Assembly (NCBI GenBank): GCA_016179965.1 | Contig: JACPCF010000013.1 | Location: 7,335-71,334, forward strand | DNA: 64,000 bases | From: Candidatus Rokuibacteriota bacterium | GTDB taxonomy: Bacteria > Methylomirabilota > Methylomirabilia > Rokubacteriales > CSP1-6 | Direction of reading: 5' to 3' | Shown here: one piece after another, positions 47,013 through 57,886 of the stretch | Layout of the letters: each line of letters opens with the position of its first letter | Numbering within the stretch: the stretch's first letter is position 1 | Made by a program: the position numbers and the translations under genes | The notes under the pieces: generated by a model | Databases searched by the model: none | Told to the model about the DNA's origin: nothing | The model's input: the letters and a program-made list of their open reading frames with translations, nothing else

Positions 47013-47630
47013 GTGGCCGTTCCCCTTCAGGTGTCGGTGGATCATCCCATGGACCCCGACCACTTCATCCGCTGGCTGGAGGTCACCCTGGACACGGATC
47101 CCGTCCCCAACAAGGGGAAGTTCCACTTCACGCCGGCCAACGGCCGGGCGTGGGTGGCCTTTCAGTTCCGGTCCGGCATCGGGGGAGTCGTCAAGGTGGT
47201 GGGCGAGTGCACGCGTCACGGCCGCTTCGTCGGGGCGCGGGAGGTTCGCGTCACCGAGGGCGGCTGCGCGACGATGCCGGATCGCACCGTGCGCGAGCGG
47301 ATCGGCAACCCCCAGATCCGGCTCCCGCGCGCGCTCCGGCCCGGCGAGGTCGTCGAGGTCCGGACGCGGCTGGACCACGCCTCGTACACGGGCCTGGCCC
47401 TCAAGGGCGGTACACACGTCCGGGAGATGCCGGGGTTCTACGTCAAGCAGATGCTGGTGTACGTGGACACCCGGAAGGTGAGCGAGTTCGAGATGACGTC
47501 GGCCGTGAGCCCGAATCCCTTGATTCGGTTCCCGCTGAAGGTGAGCGGGGGCGGAACGCTCCGCGTCGTCTTCGTCAACAGCGAGGGCCAGCGCTGGGAG
47601 GCCGCCCAGCCCCTCCGCCCCTCGGCGTAG
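47013..47630 (+). CDS. SoxY-SoxZ fusion-type sulfur carrier protein (possibly frameshifted, Tat leader detached)
   Basis: N-terminal half is SoxY-like (VSVDHPMDPDHF; DPVPNKGKFHFTPANG; AREVRVTEGGCA carrier-Cys motif). C-terminal half is SoxZ-like (IRLPRALRPGEVVEVRTRLDHASYTG...SPNPLIRFPLKV...LRVVFVNSEGQRWE). GTG is the first start in a frame open from 46839. Confidence 0.65.
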   Translation: MAVPLQVSVDHPMDPDHFIRWLEVTLDTDPVPNKGKFHFTPANGRAWVAFQFRSGIGGVVKVVGECTRHGRFVGAREVRVTEGGCATMPDRTVRERIGNPQIRLPRALRPGEVVEVRTRLDHASYTGLALKGGTHVREMPGFYVKQMLVYVDTRKVSEFEMTSAVSPNPLIRFPLKVSGGGTLRVVFVNSEGQRWEAAQPLRPSA

Positions 47631-47639
47631 GTCCCGGCG

Positions 47640-48644
47640 CTAGCCCTTCCTCAGGTACATCGCCCACACAGCGGCGTAGGCGCCGACCCACATGGCGCCG
47701 AAGGCCACAAGGCTTCCCACGGCCAGCGTGGCGGAGTTGGTCAGCCCCTGGGTGATGTTGCAGCCCTCGGCGAGGATCGCGGACGCGCCCATGAGCAGCC
47801 CACCCGCGAAGAGCTGGACGAGGCTCCACCCGGGCGGCAGCTTCCACCGGAACTCGCGCGCCGGCCAAGCGCCCAGGAACGCGCCCACGGGCACCCCCAC
47901 CAGGAGGACCATGCTCCAGTTCACGCGATTCGGGTAGCCGACCAGCGGGTAGGTGAGGGCCTGCCCCGTGTTGCTGGCGAGGGTGATGCCGCTGGGAGCG
48001 TCGCCGAAGGAGGACGTCCACCAGCCCAAGGCGATCAGCACGCCGACCGCGAGGCCGGTCGCCGGCCACGGCCACTTCCCGTGCTCTGGTTCTCCGCCGC
48101 CTCGCCAGAGGAAAACTGCCACCACGATTCCCAGCACGGCGATGACAACCCAGGACGGGGCGCCGATCATGCTCGCGAGCGTCGGCGGGCCGCCGTCCAC
48201 GGTGATCACGGAGGCGCGCAGGACCTGCCGCGCGGGGGCGAGGATGCCGACGGTCATGGTCGTGGCGCCCAGGGCGAACCCGAAGAGCACGACCCAGGCG
48301 CCCACCGCGCCTTCGCCGACGCGATACCAGGTGCTTCCCGAGCAGCCGCCGGACAGGATCATCCCCACGCCGAAGAGCAGGCCGCCCACGATGTTGGCCA
48401 CCCAACGAAACGGGCGGATGGCGGAGGGCGGGATGTCAACCAGCCCCCAGGCCATCAGGAGGTGAACCCCGATGGTCGCCACGAGGAGCGCGAGCAGGTA
48501 GGCGCGGACGATCGTGGCGTCGCCCATGATGTAGAGGTTCGAGAGCGCCCGCGTGAGGCAGAATCCCCCGCGCTGGCTGACGTAGCCGAAGGCGAGTCCG
48601 GTGAGCACCGCCGACGCGTAAAACGCCCACGAACCCTCTTCCAT
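47640..48644 (-). CDS. YeeE/YedE-family sulfur (thiosulfate) transporter
   Basis: 334-aa polytopic protein with the three conserved Cys contexts (RGGFCLT, SGGCSGS, AEGCNIT). ATG at 48644. The rest of the 662-aa track ORF is antisense to cpoB. Confidence 0.85.
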   Translation of the reverse strand: MEEGSWAFYASAVLTGLAFGYVSQRGGFCLTRALSNLYIMGDATIVRAYLLALLVATIGVHLLMAWGLVDIPPSAIRPFRWVANIVGGLLFGVGMILSGGCSGSTWYRVGEGAVGAWVVLFGFALGATTMTVGILAPARQVLRASVITVDGGPPTLASMIGAPSWVVIAVLGIVVAVFLWRGGGEPEHGKWPWPATGLAVGVLIALGWWTSSFGDAPSGITLASNTGQALTYPLVGYPNRVNWSMVLLVGVPVGAFLGAWPAREFRWKLPPGWSLVQLFAGGLLMGASAILAEGCNITQGLTNSATLAVGSLVAFGAMWVGAYAAVWAMYLRKG

Positions 48645-48679
48645 GCAAGGTATCCTACCCGAACAGGGTCGCAAATTTC

Positions 48680-48709
48680 TTGACTTTTTTTGAAACGCTG
48701 TGCTACGTT
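48680..48709 (+). promoter_or_regulatory. Candidate promoter of cpoB (TTGACT-18-TACGTT)
   Basis: Hexamers at 48680-48685 and 48704-48709 in a T-rich spacer, about 10 nt before ATG 48720. Confidence 0.35.
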
Positions 48710-48719
48710 CCGACCACCG

Positions 48720-49535
48720 ATGAAGAATTGGGCACGTGTCGTCTTGGCCGCGGCGATCGTCGCGCTGCTGGCGCTGACCGGATGCGCCAGCCGCGGGAGT
48801 GTGCGCCAGCTCGGGAGCGAAGTCGCGGCGCTCAAGGAGCAGGTGACCGAGCTCCGGAAGGCGCAGGATGCGTCCACGCGCGAGCTCGCCAAGACCGTCG
48901 GCGAGCTCAAGGCCCTCGACGGCCAGCTCGCCAAGGCCACCCAGGGCGAGAAGACGGGGGAGCAGCAGGTGGCGCGCCTCGAGGCGCGACTGGGCGAGAC
49001 CGAGGAAGCGGTGCGCGGCATGCGCGCCTCGCTGGACGGTCTCTCGCGCGAGCTCGTCCGCCAGGCCACGCCGCCGCCCCTGCGGGAGAAGCGGCCGGAG
49101 GCGAAAGGGGCCGAGCCTTCGCCTTCGGCGGCGGGCTCGGGGCCCGCGGAGCAGCTCTACGCCACCGCGCTGGCGAGCTTTCGGGCTCGGGAGCACGGCC
49201 AGGCGGTGCTTGAGTTCACGGACTTCATCACCCGGTACCCCCAGCACCCGCTGGTGGCGAACGCGCAGTTCTGGATCGCCGAGGCCTACTATCTCCAGCG
49301 CGACTACCGACAGGCGCTGGCGGAGTACGAGAAAGTCGCGGAGCGGAACTCCAAGAGCAGCAAGGCCCCGGACGCGCTCCTCAAGATCGGTCTCTGTCTT
49401 CGCGCCCTCAACGACCCCGCCCGCGCCCGGGAGACCTGGCAGCAGCTCGTCCAGGTGTACCCGGACAGCGATGCGGCCCGGCAGGCGCGCACGCTCATCG
49501 GCGCCCGGGCCGTCCCCGTCCGCCGCGCGCGCTAG
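48720..49535 (+). CDS. cpoB: Tol-Pal system protein YbgF/CpoB (lipoprotein-type signal, coiled coil plus TPR)
   Basis: Lipobox LALTGC, an N-terminal coiled coil, and a C-terminal YbgF TPR region (YPQHPLVANAQFWIAEAYYLQRDYRQALAEYEKV...APDALLKIGLC). Confidence 0.8.
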   Translation: MKNWARVVLAAAIVALLALTGCASRGSVRQLGSEVAALKEQVTELRKAQDASTRELAKTVGELKALDGQLAKATQGEKTGEQQVARLEARLGETEEAVRGMRASLDGLSRELVRQATPPPLREKRPEAKGAEPSPSAAGSGPAEQLYATALASFRAREHGQAVLEFTDFITRYPQHPLVANAQFWIAEAYYLQRDYRQALAEYEKVAERNSKSSKAPDALLKIGLCLRALNDPARARETWQQLVQVYPDSDAARQARTLIGARAVPVRRAR

Positions 49536-49573
49536 TCCGCGTCGCGGGGGGCGCGGCGCCGGTTCCCCAAATC

Positions 49574-49601
49574 TTGACGCACCCCGACGCTCCGGTATAC
49601 T
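49574..49601 (+). promoter_or_regulatory. Candidate sigma70 promoter (TTGACG-16-TATACT) for dprA-topA...
   Basis: Near-consensus hexamers. The TTG of the -35 is the start codon used for the 49574 track ORF. Confidence 0.5.
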
Positions 49602-49633
49602 GGGACACATTCTTCGCAGCGGAGACATTGGAC

Positions 49634-50596
49634 GTGAATGGATACACCGAATCGACCACCGTCGCCGAACAGCGCCAGCTGGCGCGGCGCGCCGGAGCGC
49701 GCCTCCTCCTGCGGGAGGACGACGAGTATCCCGCGCCGCTCAGGGCGATTCCGGATCCGCCGCCGTTTCTGCTGGCGCGGGGGGAATTGCGGGCGGAGGA
49801 CGCGCTGGCACTGGCGATCGTCGGCTCGCGCCATGCGACCCCGTACGGTGTGGCAGTGGCGGAACGCCTGGCCGCAGAGCTGGCGGCGCGCGGGGTGACG
49901 ATCGTGAGCGGCTTGGCGCGCGGCATCGACACCGCCGCCCACCGGGGCGCGCTCGCCGCCGGAGGGCGCACCATCGCCGTGCTCGGGTGCGGGGTGGACG
50001 TCTGCTATCCGCCTGAGAATCGGAGACTGGTCGGGCGCGTGCTCGAGCGCGGCGCCCTGCTCTCTCAGTTCCCCCTGGGGACGCCGGCGCTGCCGCGGCA
50101 CTTTCCGCTGCGAAACCGCACGATCGCCGGGCTCGCGCTCGGCACCATCGTGGTGGAAGCGGCGGAGCGCTCGGGGGCGCTCATCACGGCGGGGCACGCG
50201 GGGGAACTCGGCCGCGAAGTCTTCGCGGTGCCAGGGCCGGTCACCTCGGAGCTGAGCCGGGGCGCCAACCGCCTCATCCAGGACGGTGCTAAACTGGTTC
50301 AGCGCTGGGAGGACGTCGTCGCCGAGTTGCCCGAGGTATGGCGGCGCTGCCTGAGGGAAGCGCCGGGCGTCGCGGTGCCCGTGGGCACCCCCGAGGGCGA
50401 CGAGGAGCGAGTCCTGGCGCTGGTCGGCGGCGACCCGGTCCACATCGACCAGGTGATCGAGCGGAGCGGGGTCCCGTCGGGGCGGACCGCGGCGGTCCTC
50501 CTGAGCCTCGAGCTGAAGGGCTGGGTGCAACGGCTGCCCGGCCAGCACTACGTCCGGAGCGCAGCCGCTACGACAGATGATATGAGGAGCGCATAG
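49634..50596 (+). CDS. dprA: DNA-processing protein DprA (Smf)
   Basis: Rossmann-like core (AIVGSRHATPYG; VTIVSGLARGIDTAAHRGAL; TIAVLGCGVDVCYPPEN; SGALITA) plus a C-terminal winged helix. Start uncertain (TTG 49574, TTG 49628 or GTG 49634). GTG chosen because GGAG lies 9 nt upstream and the promoter-like site covers 49574. Confidence 0.8.
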   Translation: MNGYTESTTVAEQRQLARRAGARLLLREDDEYPAPLRAIPDPPPFLLARGELRAEDALALAIVGSRHATPYGVAVAERLAAELAARGVTIVSGLARGIDTAAHRGALAAGGRTIAVLGCGVDVCYPPENRRLVGRVLERGALLSQFPLGTPALPRHFPLRNRTIAGLALGTIVVEAAERSGALITAGHAGELGREVFAVPGPVTSELSRGANRLIQDGAKLVQRWEDVVAELPEVWRRCLREAPGVAVPVGTPEGDEERVLALVGGDPVHIDQVIERSGVPSGRTAAVLLSLELKGWVQRLPGQHYVRSAAATTDDMRSA

Positions 50597-52836
50597 TGGC
50601 GAAGCGGTCGCTCGTGGTGGTGGAATCACCGACGAAGGTCAAGACGATCCAGAAGTATCTGGACTCCAGGTACATCGTCAAGGCCTCGAGGGGACACGTC
50701 CGCGACCTGCCAAAATCCAAGCTGGGGGTGGACGTCAAGCGGGGATTCAAGCCCGAGTACCGGATTCTCCCGTCCAAGCGGAAGGTCGTGGAGGAGCTCA
50801 AGAAGGCTGCGGAGAAGGCGGACGCCTTGTACGTCGCGACGGATCCGGATCGAGAGGGTGAGGCGATCGGCTGGCACCTCGCCCAGGAGTTGCGGGTCAA
50901 CGGCCGGAAGGTCTACCGGGTGACGTTCAACGAAATTACGGCGCGGGCAATCAAGGCAGCGTTCGCCAACCCCGGAAGGATCGACCAGAAGAAGGTGGAG
51001 GCCCAGCAGGCGCGCCGGGTGCTGGATCGGCTCGTCGGCTACAACCTCTCGCCCCTCCTCTGGAAGAAGGTCCAGCGCGGGCTCTCCGCGGGGCGGGTGC
51101 AGTCGGTGGCCGTGCGGCTCATCGCCGATCGGGAGCGGGAGATTCAGGTGTTCGTCCCCGTGGAGTACTGGAGCCTCCACGCGAACCTGCGCGGCCAGAA
51201 CCCGCCCGAGTTCGTTGCCACGCTCAAGGAGGTCCGCGGCGAGAAGGCCGACCTGCCCTCAGAGGGCCGCGTCCAGGAGATCGTCGCCGGGCTCCAGGAC
51301 CGGCGCTGGACCGTCAAGGCCGTCACCCGCGGCGAGCGCAAGCGAAACCCCGTGCCCCCCTTCATCACCTCCACGCTCCAGCAGGAGGGTGCGCGCAAGC
51401 TCCACTTCAGCGCCAAGAAGACAATGCTGATCGCCCAGCAGCTCTACGAGGGGATCGAGCTCGGCGCCGAAGGCCCCATCGGGCTCATCACCTACATGCG
51501 GACCGACTCGGTGCACGTCTCGCGCGAGGCTCAAGAGGAGGCGCGCCAGTGGATCGGCGGGCGGCTGGGGACCAACTACCTGCCCTCCGCGCCGCCCCTG
51601 TACCGCTCCAAGAAGGGGGCGCAGGAGGCCCACGAGGCGATCCGGCCCTCGGACGTCTCCAAGGAGCCCAAAGCGCTGGCGCGATTCCTCACCAAGGATC
51701 AGGTCGCCCTCTACCGGTTGATCTGGGAGCGCTTCCTGGCGAGCCAGATGCTTCCAGCGATCTACGACACGGTCGCCGCCGATATCCAGGCGGGCGACTG
51801 CCTGTTCCGCGCCCAGGGATCCACGCTCCGCTTCCCGGGCTTCACCGCCGTCTACGTCGAGAGCCGCGGGGAGTCGGAGGCCGTCGCCGAAGAGGAGGCC
51901 GAGGCCGTGGTGCCGCCCCTGGCGGTGGGCGAGGAGCTGACCCTCCTCACGCTGGACCCCAAGCAGCACTTCACGCAGCCGCCCCCGCGCTACACCGAGG
52001 CGTCGCTCGTCAAGCTCCTGGAGGAGCGGGGCATCGGGCGGCCCTCTACCTACGCCCAGATCATGAGCACGATCCAGGAGCGCGGCTACGTCCGGCCGGA
52101 AAAGGGGACGCTCTATCCGACGGAGCTCGGCCTGCACGTCACCGATTTCCTCGTCCCCCTGTTCCCGGGGATCATGGACGTCGAGTTCACCGCCCAGATG
52201 GAGGAGGACCTCGACAAGATCGAGGAAGGGAAGGCGCCCTGGACCGCGCCGATTCAGCACTTCTACAAGCGCTTCGAAAAAGAGCTGAAGGAGGCCGGCA
52301 AGCGCGAGCCCGCGGCCACCGGACAGGCCTGTCCCGAGTGCGGCAAGCCGCTCCTGGAGCGGTGGGGGCGGTACGGCCGGTTCCTGGCCTGCTCCGGCTA
52401 CCCCGAGTGCAAGTACACCCAGGATCTGAACGGCAACGGCCGCGGCCGGACGGCGGAAGTCGTCCCCGGCGAAGTCTGCGACCAGTGCGGCAAGCCCATG
52501 GTGATCAAGGAGGGGCGCTACGGGAAGTTCATGGCCTGCCAGGGCTACCCGGAGTGCAAACATACCAAGCCCCTGACGACGGGCATCGGTTGTCCCGCGG
52601 ACGGGTGCGGCGGCCAGCTCGTGGAGCGCCGGTCCCGCCGCGGCAAAGCCTATTACGCCTGCTCCAACTATCCCCGCTGCCGGTTCATCCTCTGGCAGCG
52701 GCCCGTTCCGGCGACCTGCCCGAAATGCGGGACGCCGTTCCTCCTGGAGCGGTACACTCGGGGCAAGAAGCGCGCGCGGTACTGCTGGAAAGACGGATGC
52801 GATTACAAACAGGAGACCGAGGTCAGTGCGGGATGA
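50596..52836 (+). CDS. topA: DNA topoisomerase I
   Basis: Toprim N-terminus (SLVVVESPTKVKTIQKYL), active-site Tyr context (ITYMRTDS), and four C-terminal C4 zinc fingers. GTG start. Confidence 0.95.
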   Translation: MAKRSLVVVESPTKVKTIQKYLDSRYIVKASRGHVRDLPKSKLGVDVKRGFKPEYRILPSKRKVVEELKKAAEKADALYVATDPDREGEAIGWHLAQELRVNGRKVYRVTFNEITARAIKAAFANPGRIDQKKVEAQQARRVLDRLVGYNLSPLLWKKVQRGLSAGRVQSVAVRLIADREREIQVFVPVEYWSLHANLRGQNPPEFVATLKEVRGEKADLPSEGRVQEIVAGLQDRRWTVKAVTRGERKRNPVPPFITSTLQQEGARKLHFSAKKTMLIAQQLYEGIELGAEGPIGLITYMRTDSVHVSREAQEEARQWIGGRLGTNYLPSAPPLYRSKKGAQEAHEAIRPSDVSKEPKALARFLTKDQVALYRLIWERFLASQMLPAIYDTVAADIQAGDCLFRAQGSTLRFPGFTAVYVESRGESEAVAEEEAEAVVPPLAVGEELTLLTLDPKQHFTQPPPRYTEASLVKLLEERGIGRPSTYAQIMSTIQERGYVRPEKGTLYPTELGLHVTDFLVPLFPGIMDVEFTAQMEEDLDKIEEGKAPWTAPIQHFYKRFEKELKEAGKREPAATGQACPECGKPLLERWGRYGRFLACSGYPECKYTQDLNGNGRGRTAEVVPGEVCDQCGKPMVIKEGRYGKFMACQGYPECKHTKPLTTGIGCPADGCGGQLVERRSRRGKAYYACSNYPRCRFILWQRPVPATCPKCGTPFLLERYTRGKKRARYCWKDGCDYKQETEVSAG

Positions 52837-53714
52837 CCGACGCGGTGGAGGCGTTCCTCCGGTACCAGGCCGTCGAGCGCGGCGCGTCGGGGCACACGCT
52901 TCGGAGCTACCGGACTGATCTCCAGCAGTTCCGGCACTTCCTGGCGGCGAGGCGGGTCAGCCAGATCGGCCACGTGGACGCGCGGCTCCTGCGCCAGTAC
53001 CTGGCGTGGCTGTACGAGGCCGGGCTCGCCCGTTCCTCCATCGCCCGCAAGCTGGCGGCGGTCCGGAGCTGTCTGGCCTTCCTGACGCGTCGGGGCGGGC
53101 TTCCGAGGAACCCGGCACGGGAGGTCTCCCCGCCGCGGCTGCCGAAGCGGCTCGTCTCCTTCCTGCCGATCGACGAGGCCACGGTCCTGCTCGAGCGCCC
53201 GGCGTCGGCCGCCGCGCCGCCAGCGGAGGCGCGCGACCGGGCGATCCTCGAGATGCTCTACGCGACGGGGGCCCGGGTGGCCGAGCTCTGCGGCCTGGAT
53301 CTGGCGGATGTCGATCGGGGCGGGAGCACGATCCGGGTGCGTGGCAAGGGGGCGAAGGAGCGGATGATCCCCGTGGGCGACGCCGCCCTCCAGGCGCTGG
53401 ACGCCTACCTGGGCGCGCACGGGCAGGCCGACGGCCCCCTCTTCCGCAACCTCAGGGGCGGGCGCCTCACGGTGAGGAGCGTCCACCGGATCGTCCGGGC
53501 CTGGAGCCGCGCCGCCGGGCTCACGCGGCGGGTGACGCCCCACACGCTCCGCCACACGTTCGCCACGCACATGCTCGACGCGGGCGCCGACCTCCGACTG
53601 ATCCAGGACCTGCTCGGCCACAGCCGGCTGTCCACGACGCAGCGCTATACGCACGTCAGCGCGGATCACCTCATGCGGGTCTACGACGCTGCCCACCCGA
53701 GGGCCCACTCATGA
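52833..53714 (+). CDS. xerC: Tyrosine recombinase XerC
   Basis: SAM-like N-terminal domain plus the catalytic R...HxxR...Y set (ATGARVAEL; [12 protein letters not shown]; [15 protein letters not shown]). ATGA overlap with topA. topA-xerC-hslVU is a conserved housekeeping order. Confidence 0.9.
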   Translation: MTDAVEAFLRYQAVERGASGHTLRSYRTDLQQFRHFLAARRVSQIGHVDARLLRQYLAWLYEAGLARSSIARKLAAVRSCLAFLTRRGGLPRNPAREVSPPRLPKRLVSFLPIDEATVLLERPASAAAPPAEARDRAILEMLYATGARVAELCGLDLADVDRGGSTIRVRGKGAKERMIPVGDAALQALDAYLGAHGQADGPLFRNLRGGRLTVRSVHRIVRAWSRAAGLTRRVTPHTLRHTFATHMLDAGADLRLIQDLLGHSRLSTTQRYTHVSADHLMRVYDAAHPRAHS

Positions 53715-54304
53715 TTGGCGGGAGGTTCCGTTCCGCCGGGGGAGGACCCGGAGGGGGTGGGGACCCCCTCCGGAAGGGGATCCGGGGGACCACTGTGGTG
53801 TGCGTCCGCCACAAGGGCAAGGTCGCCCTGGCGGGAGACGGCCAGGTCTCCATCGGGGCGACCATCGTCAAGGCCGGGGCGCGAAAGGTGCGCAAGATCT
53901 ACCACGACCGTGTGCTGGCCGGCTTCGCGGGCACCGCCGCCGACGCCTTTGCGCTCTTCGAGAAGTTCGAGGGCCGCCTGGAGGAGTACCGCGGCAACCT
54001 GTCGCGCGCCGCCGTGGAGCTGGCCAAGGACTGGCGCACCGATCGGGTGCTGCGGCGCCTGGAGGCGCTCCTCGCGGTGGCCGACCAGGAGCGCTCCTTC
54101 ATCCTCTCGGGAACGGGCGAGGTGATCGAGCCCGACGACGGCGTGATCGGCATCGGCTCGGGAGGCCCCTTCGCTCTCGCGGCCGCGCGCGCCCTGATCG
54201 CGCATTCGGACCTGGACGCCAAGCAGATCGTCGAGGAGGCGATGCGGGTCGCCGCGGCCATCTGCGTGTACACCAACGACCACATCACCGTCGAAGAGCT
54301 ATGA
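53711..54304 (+). CDS. hslV: ATP-dependent protease subunit HslV with a 25-residue N-terminal extension
   Basis: The core [21 protein letters not shown]...[17 protein letters not shown]...[14 protein letters not shown]...[12 protein letters not shown] is collinear with E. coli HslV from Thr2. The only in-frame start upstream of the Thr-Thr is ATG 53711 (ATGA overlap with xerC). Confidence 0.88.
   Translation: MIGGRFRSAGGGPGGGGDPLRKGIRGTTVVCVRHKGKVALAGDGQVSIGATIVKAGARKVRKIYHDRVLAGFAGTAADAFALFEKFEGRLEEYRGNLSRAAVELAKDWRTDRVLRRLEALLAVADQERSFILSGTGEVIEPDDGVIGIGSGGPFALAAARALIAHSDLDAKQIVEEAMRVAAAICVYTNDHITVEEL
53714..53788 (+). repeat. GC-rich palindromic (REP-like) element, copy C, inserted in frame in the hslV 5' end
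   Basis: 75 nt containing GGGAGGTTC and a perfect 11-bp hairpin CCGGAGGGGGT-GGGG-ACCCCCTCCGG (53748-53773). Confidence 0.6.
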
Positions 54305-54307
54305 AGA

Positions 54308-54390
54308 AATCAGAAAGGGGGCTGCGCCCCCCTTCTGGGCATCCCCCCAGAGGCTTGCGCGGGCCAAGCCCGCGCTCGAAGGAGGCGGGC
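54308..54390 (-). repeat. GC-rich palindromic (REP-like) element, copy B (inverted relative to copy A)
   Basis: Hairpins CAGAAAGGGGG-CTGCG-CCCCCCTTCTG (54311-54337) and GCGCGGGC-CAA-GCCCGCGC (54357-54375). The reverse complement aligns with copy A, starting at the shared TTCGAGCGC. Confidence 0.6.
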
Positions 54391-54443
54391 TCATTGCCGC
54401 GAGGCAAGCCTTCACCACATAGGACCAATGAGGTCCAACGGGC

Positions 54444-56692
<2,249 letters not shown>

Positions 56693-56701
56693 GGGGACCC
56701 C

Positions 56702-57886
56702 GTGGACACCAAGACGCTGCTCGAATGGTCCGACCGGTACCACGTTCCGACGTACGCCCGGGCCCCCATCTGCCTGGTGCGCGGCGAGGGGATGCGCGTC
56801 TGGGACTCCGAGGGGCGCGAGTATCTGGACTTCGCCGCGGGGATCGCCGTCGTGGCGCTCGGCCACTGCCACCCGCGGGTCACTGGGGCCATCCAGGAGG
56901 CGGCAGCGACGCTGATTCACGTTTCCAACCTCTTCTACACGGCCCCCCAGACCCAGCTGGCGCGGCTCCTCTGCGAGCACTCCTTCGGGGATCGGGTGTT
57001 CTTCTGCAACTCGGGCGCGGAGGCCAACGAATCGGCGATCAAGCTGGCCCGCCGGTACAGCCGCGAGCACTTCGCGAGCGATCGCTACGAGATCATCGCG
57101 ATGCAGAACTCCTTCCACGGCCGCACCCTGGCCACGCTGACGGCCACCGGGCAGGAGAAGTACCGACACGGCTTCGAGCCGCTGATGCCGGGGTTCAAGC
57201 ACGTGCCGTACAACGACCTCCGGGCCGTCGAGCGCGCCCTGGACAGCCGCACCGCCGCGGTGCTCGTAGAGCCGATCCAGGGGGAAGGCGGCGTGAACGT
57301 CCCCGACGACGGCTACCTGCCGGGGCTGAGGAAGCTCTGCGACGAGGCCGGGGCGCTCCTGATCCTGGACGAGGTCCAGACTGGGATGGGGCGGACCGGC
57401 GCGCTCTGGGCGTACCAGCACTCGGGCGTGGAGCCCGACATCATGACGCTGGCGAAGGCGCTGGCCAACGGCATCCCCATCGGGGCCATGGTCGCGCGCG
57501 ACCCGGTGGCCCGGGCGCTGACGGCCGGCAGCCACGCGTCCACGTTCGGGGGCACGCCGTTCGTCGCCTCCGTCGCGCTGGCGACGCTGACCACGCTCCT
57601 CGAGGAGAAGCTGCCCGAGCGCGCGGCGCGGATGGGCCGTCACCTGACGGCGGGGCTCCTCGCCCTCAAGGCCAAGCATCCGGTGATCCGGGAGGTGCGT
57701 GGAAAAGGCCTGCTGATCGGGATCGAGTTGACGCGGCCCGCGGCGCCGGTGGTCGTGGCCTGCCTGGAGGCGGGGCTGCTGATCCTGACCGCCGGGGACA
57801 CAGTGCTGAGGCTCGCGCCGCCCCTCATCGTGGATGAGGCGACGTGCGATCGAGCCCTGGCGATCCTGGACGCCGCCCTGCGATGA
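56702..57886 (+). CDS. argD: Acetylornithine aminotransferase
   Basis: 394 aa class-III aminotransferase (NSGAEANESAIKLAR; LILDEVQTGMGRTG; PLP-Lys context MTLAKALANG). Confidence 0.9.
   Translation: MDTKTLLEWSDRYHVPTYARAPICLVRGEGMRVWDSEGREYLDFAAGIAVVALGHCHPRVTGAIQEAAATLIHVSNLFYTAPQTQLARLLCEHSFGDRVFFCNSGAEANESAIKLARRYSREHFASDRYEIIAMQNSFHGRTLATLTATGQEKYRHGFEPLMPGFKHVPYNDLRAVERALDSRTAAVLVEPIQGEGGVNVPDDGYLPGLRKLCDEAGALLILDEVQTGMGRTGALWAYQHSGVEPDIMTLAKALANGIPIGAMVARDPVARALTAGSHASTFGGTPFVASVALATLTTLLEEKLPERAARMGRHLTAGLLALKAKHPVIREVRGKGLLIGIELTRPAAPVVVACLEAGLLILTAGDTVLRLAPPLIVDEATCDRALAILDAALR

Noticed and set aside
47013-47300. Reading the N-terminal half of the 205-aa protein as a superoxide reductase / desulfoferrodoxin iron domain (HPMxxxH..W.E and C..HG resemble SOR ligand motifs).
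   Set aside because: The first His-ligand motif (EKHVP) is absent. The segment DPVPNKGKFHFTPANG...AREVRVTEGGC fits the SoxY pattern (NPxP..FxFTP...EVKVTxGGCGG) better. A Tat leader upstream and a SoxZ-like partner domain also favour SoxY. An HMM comparison is still needed.
52833-53714. Tyrosine recombinase as a marker of an integrated mobile element or genomic island.
   Set aside because: It sits in the conserved housekeeping array dprA-topA-xerC-hslV-hslU with an ATGA overlap to topA. No att-like direct repeats, tRNA, phage or transfer genes, or compositional shift were seen nearby.
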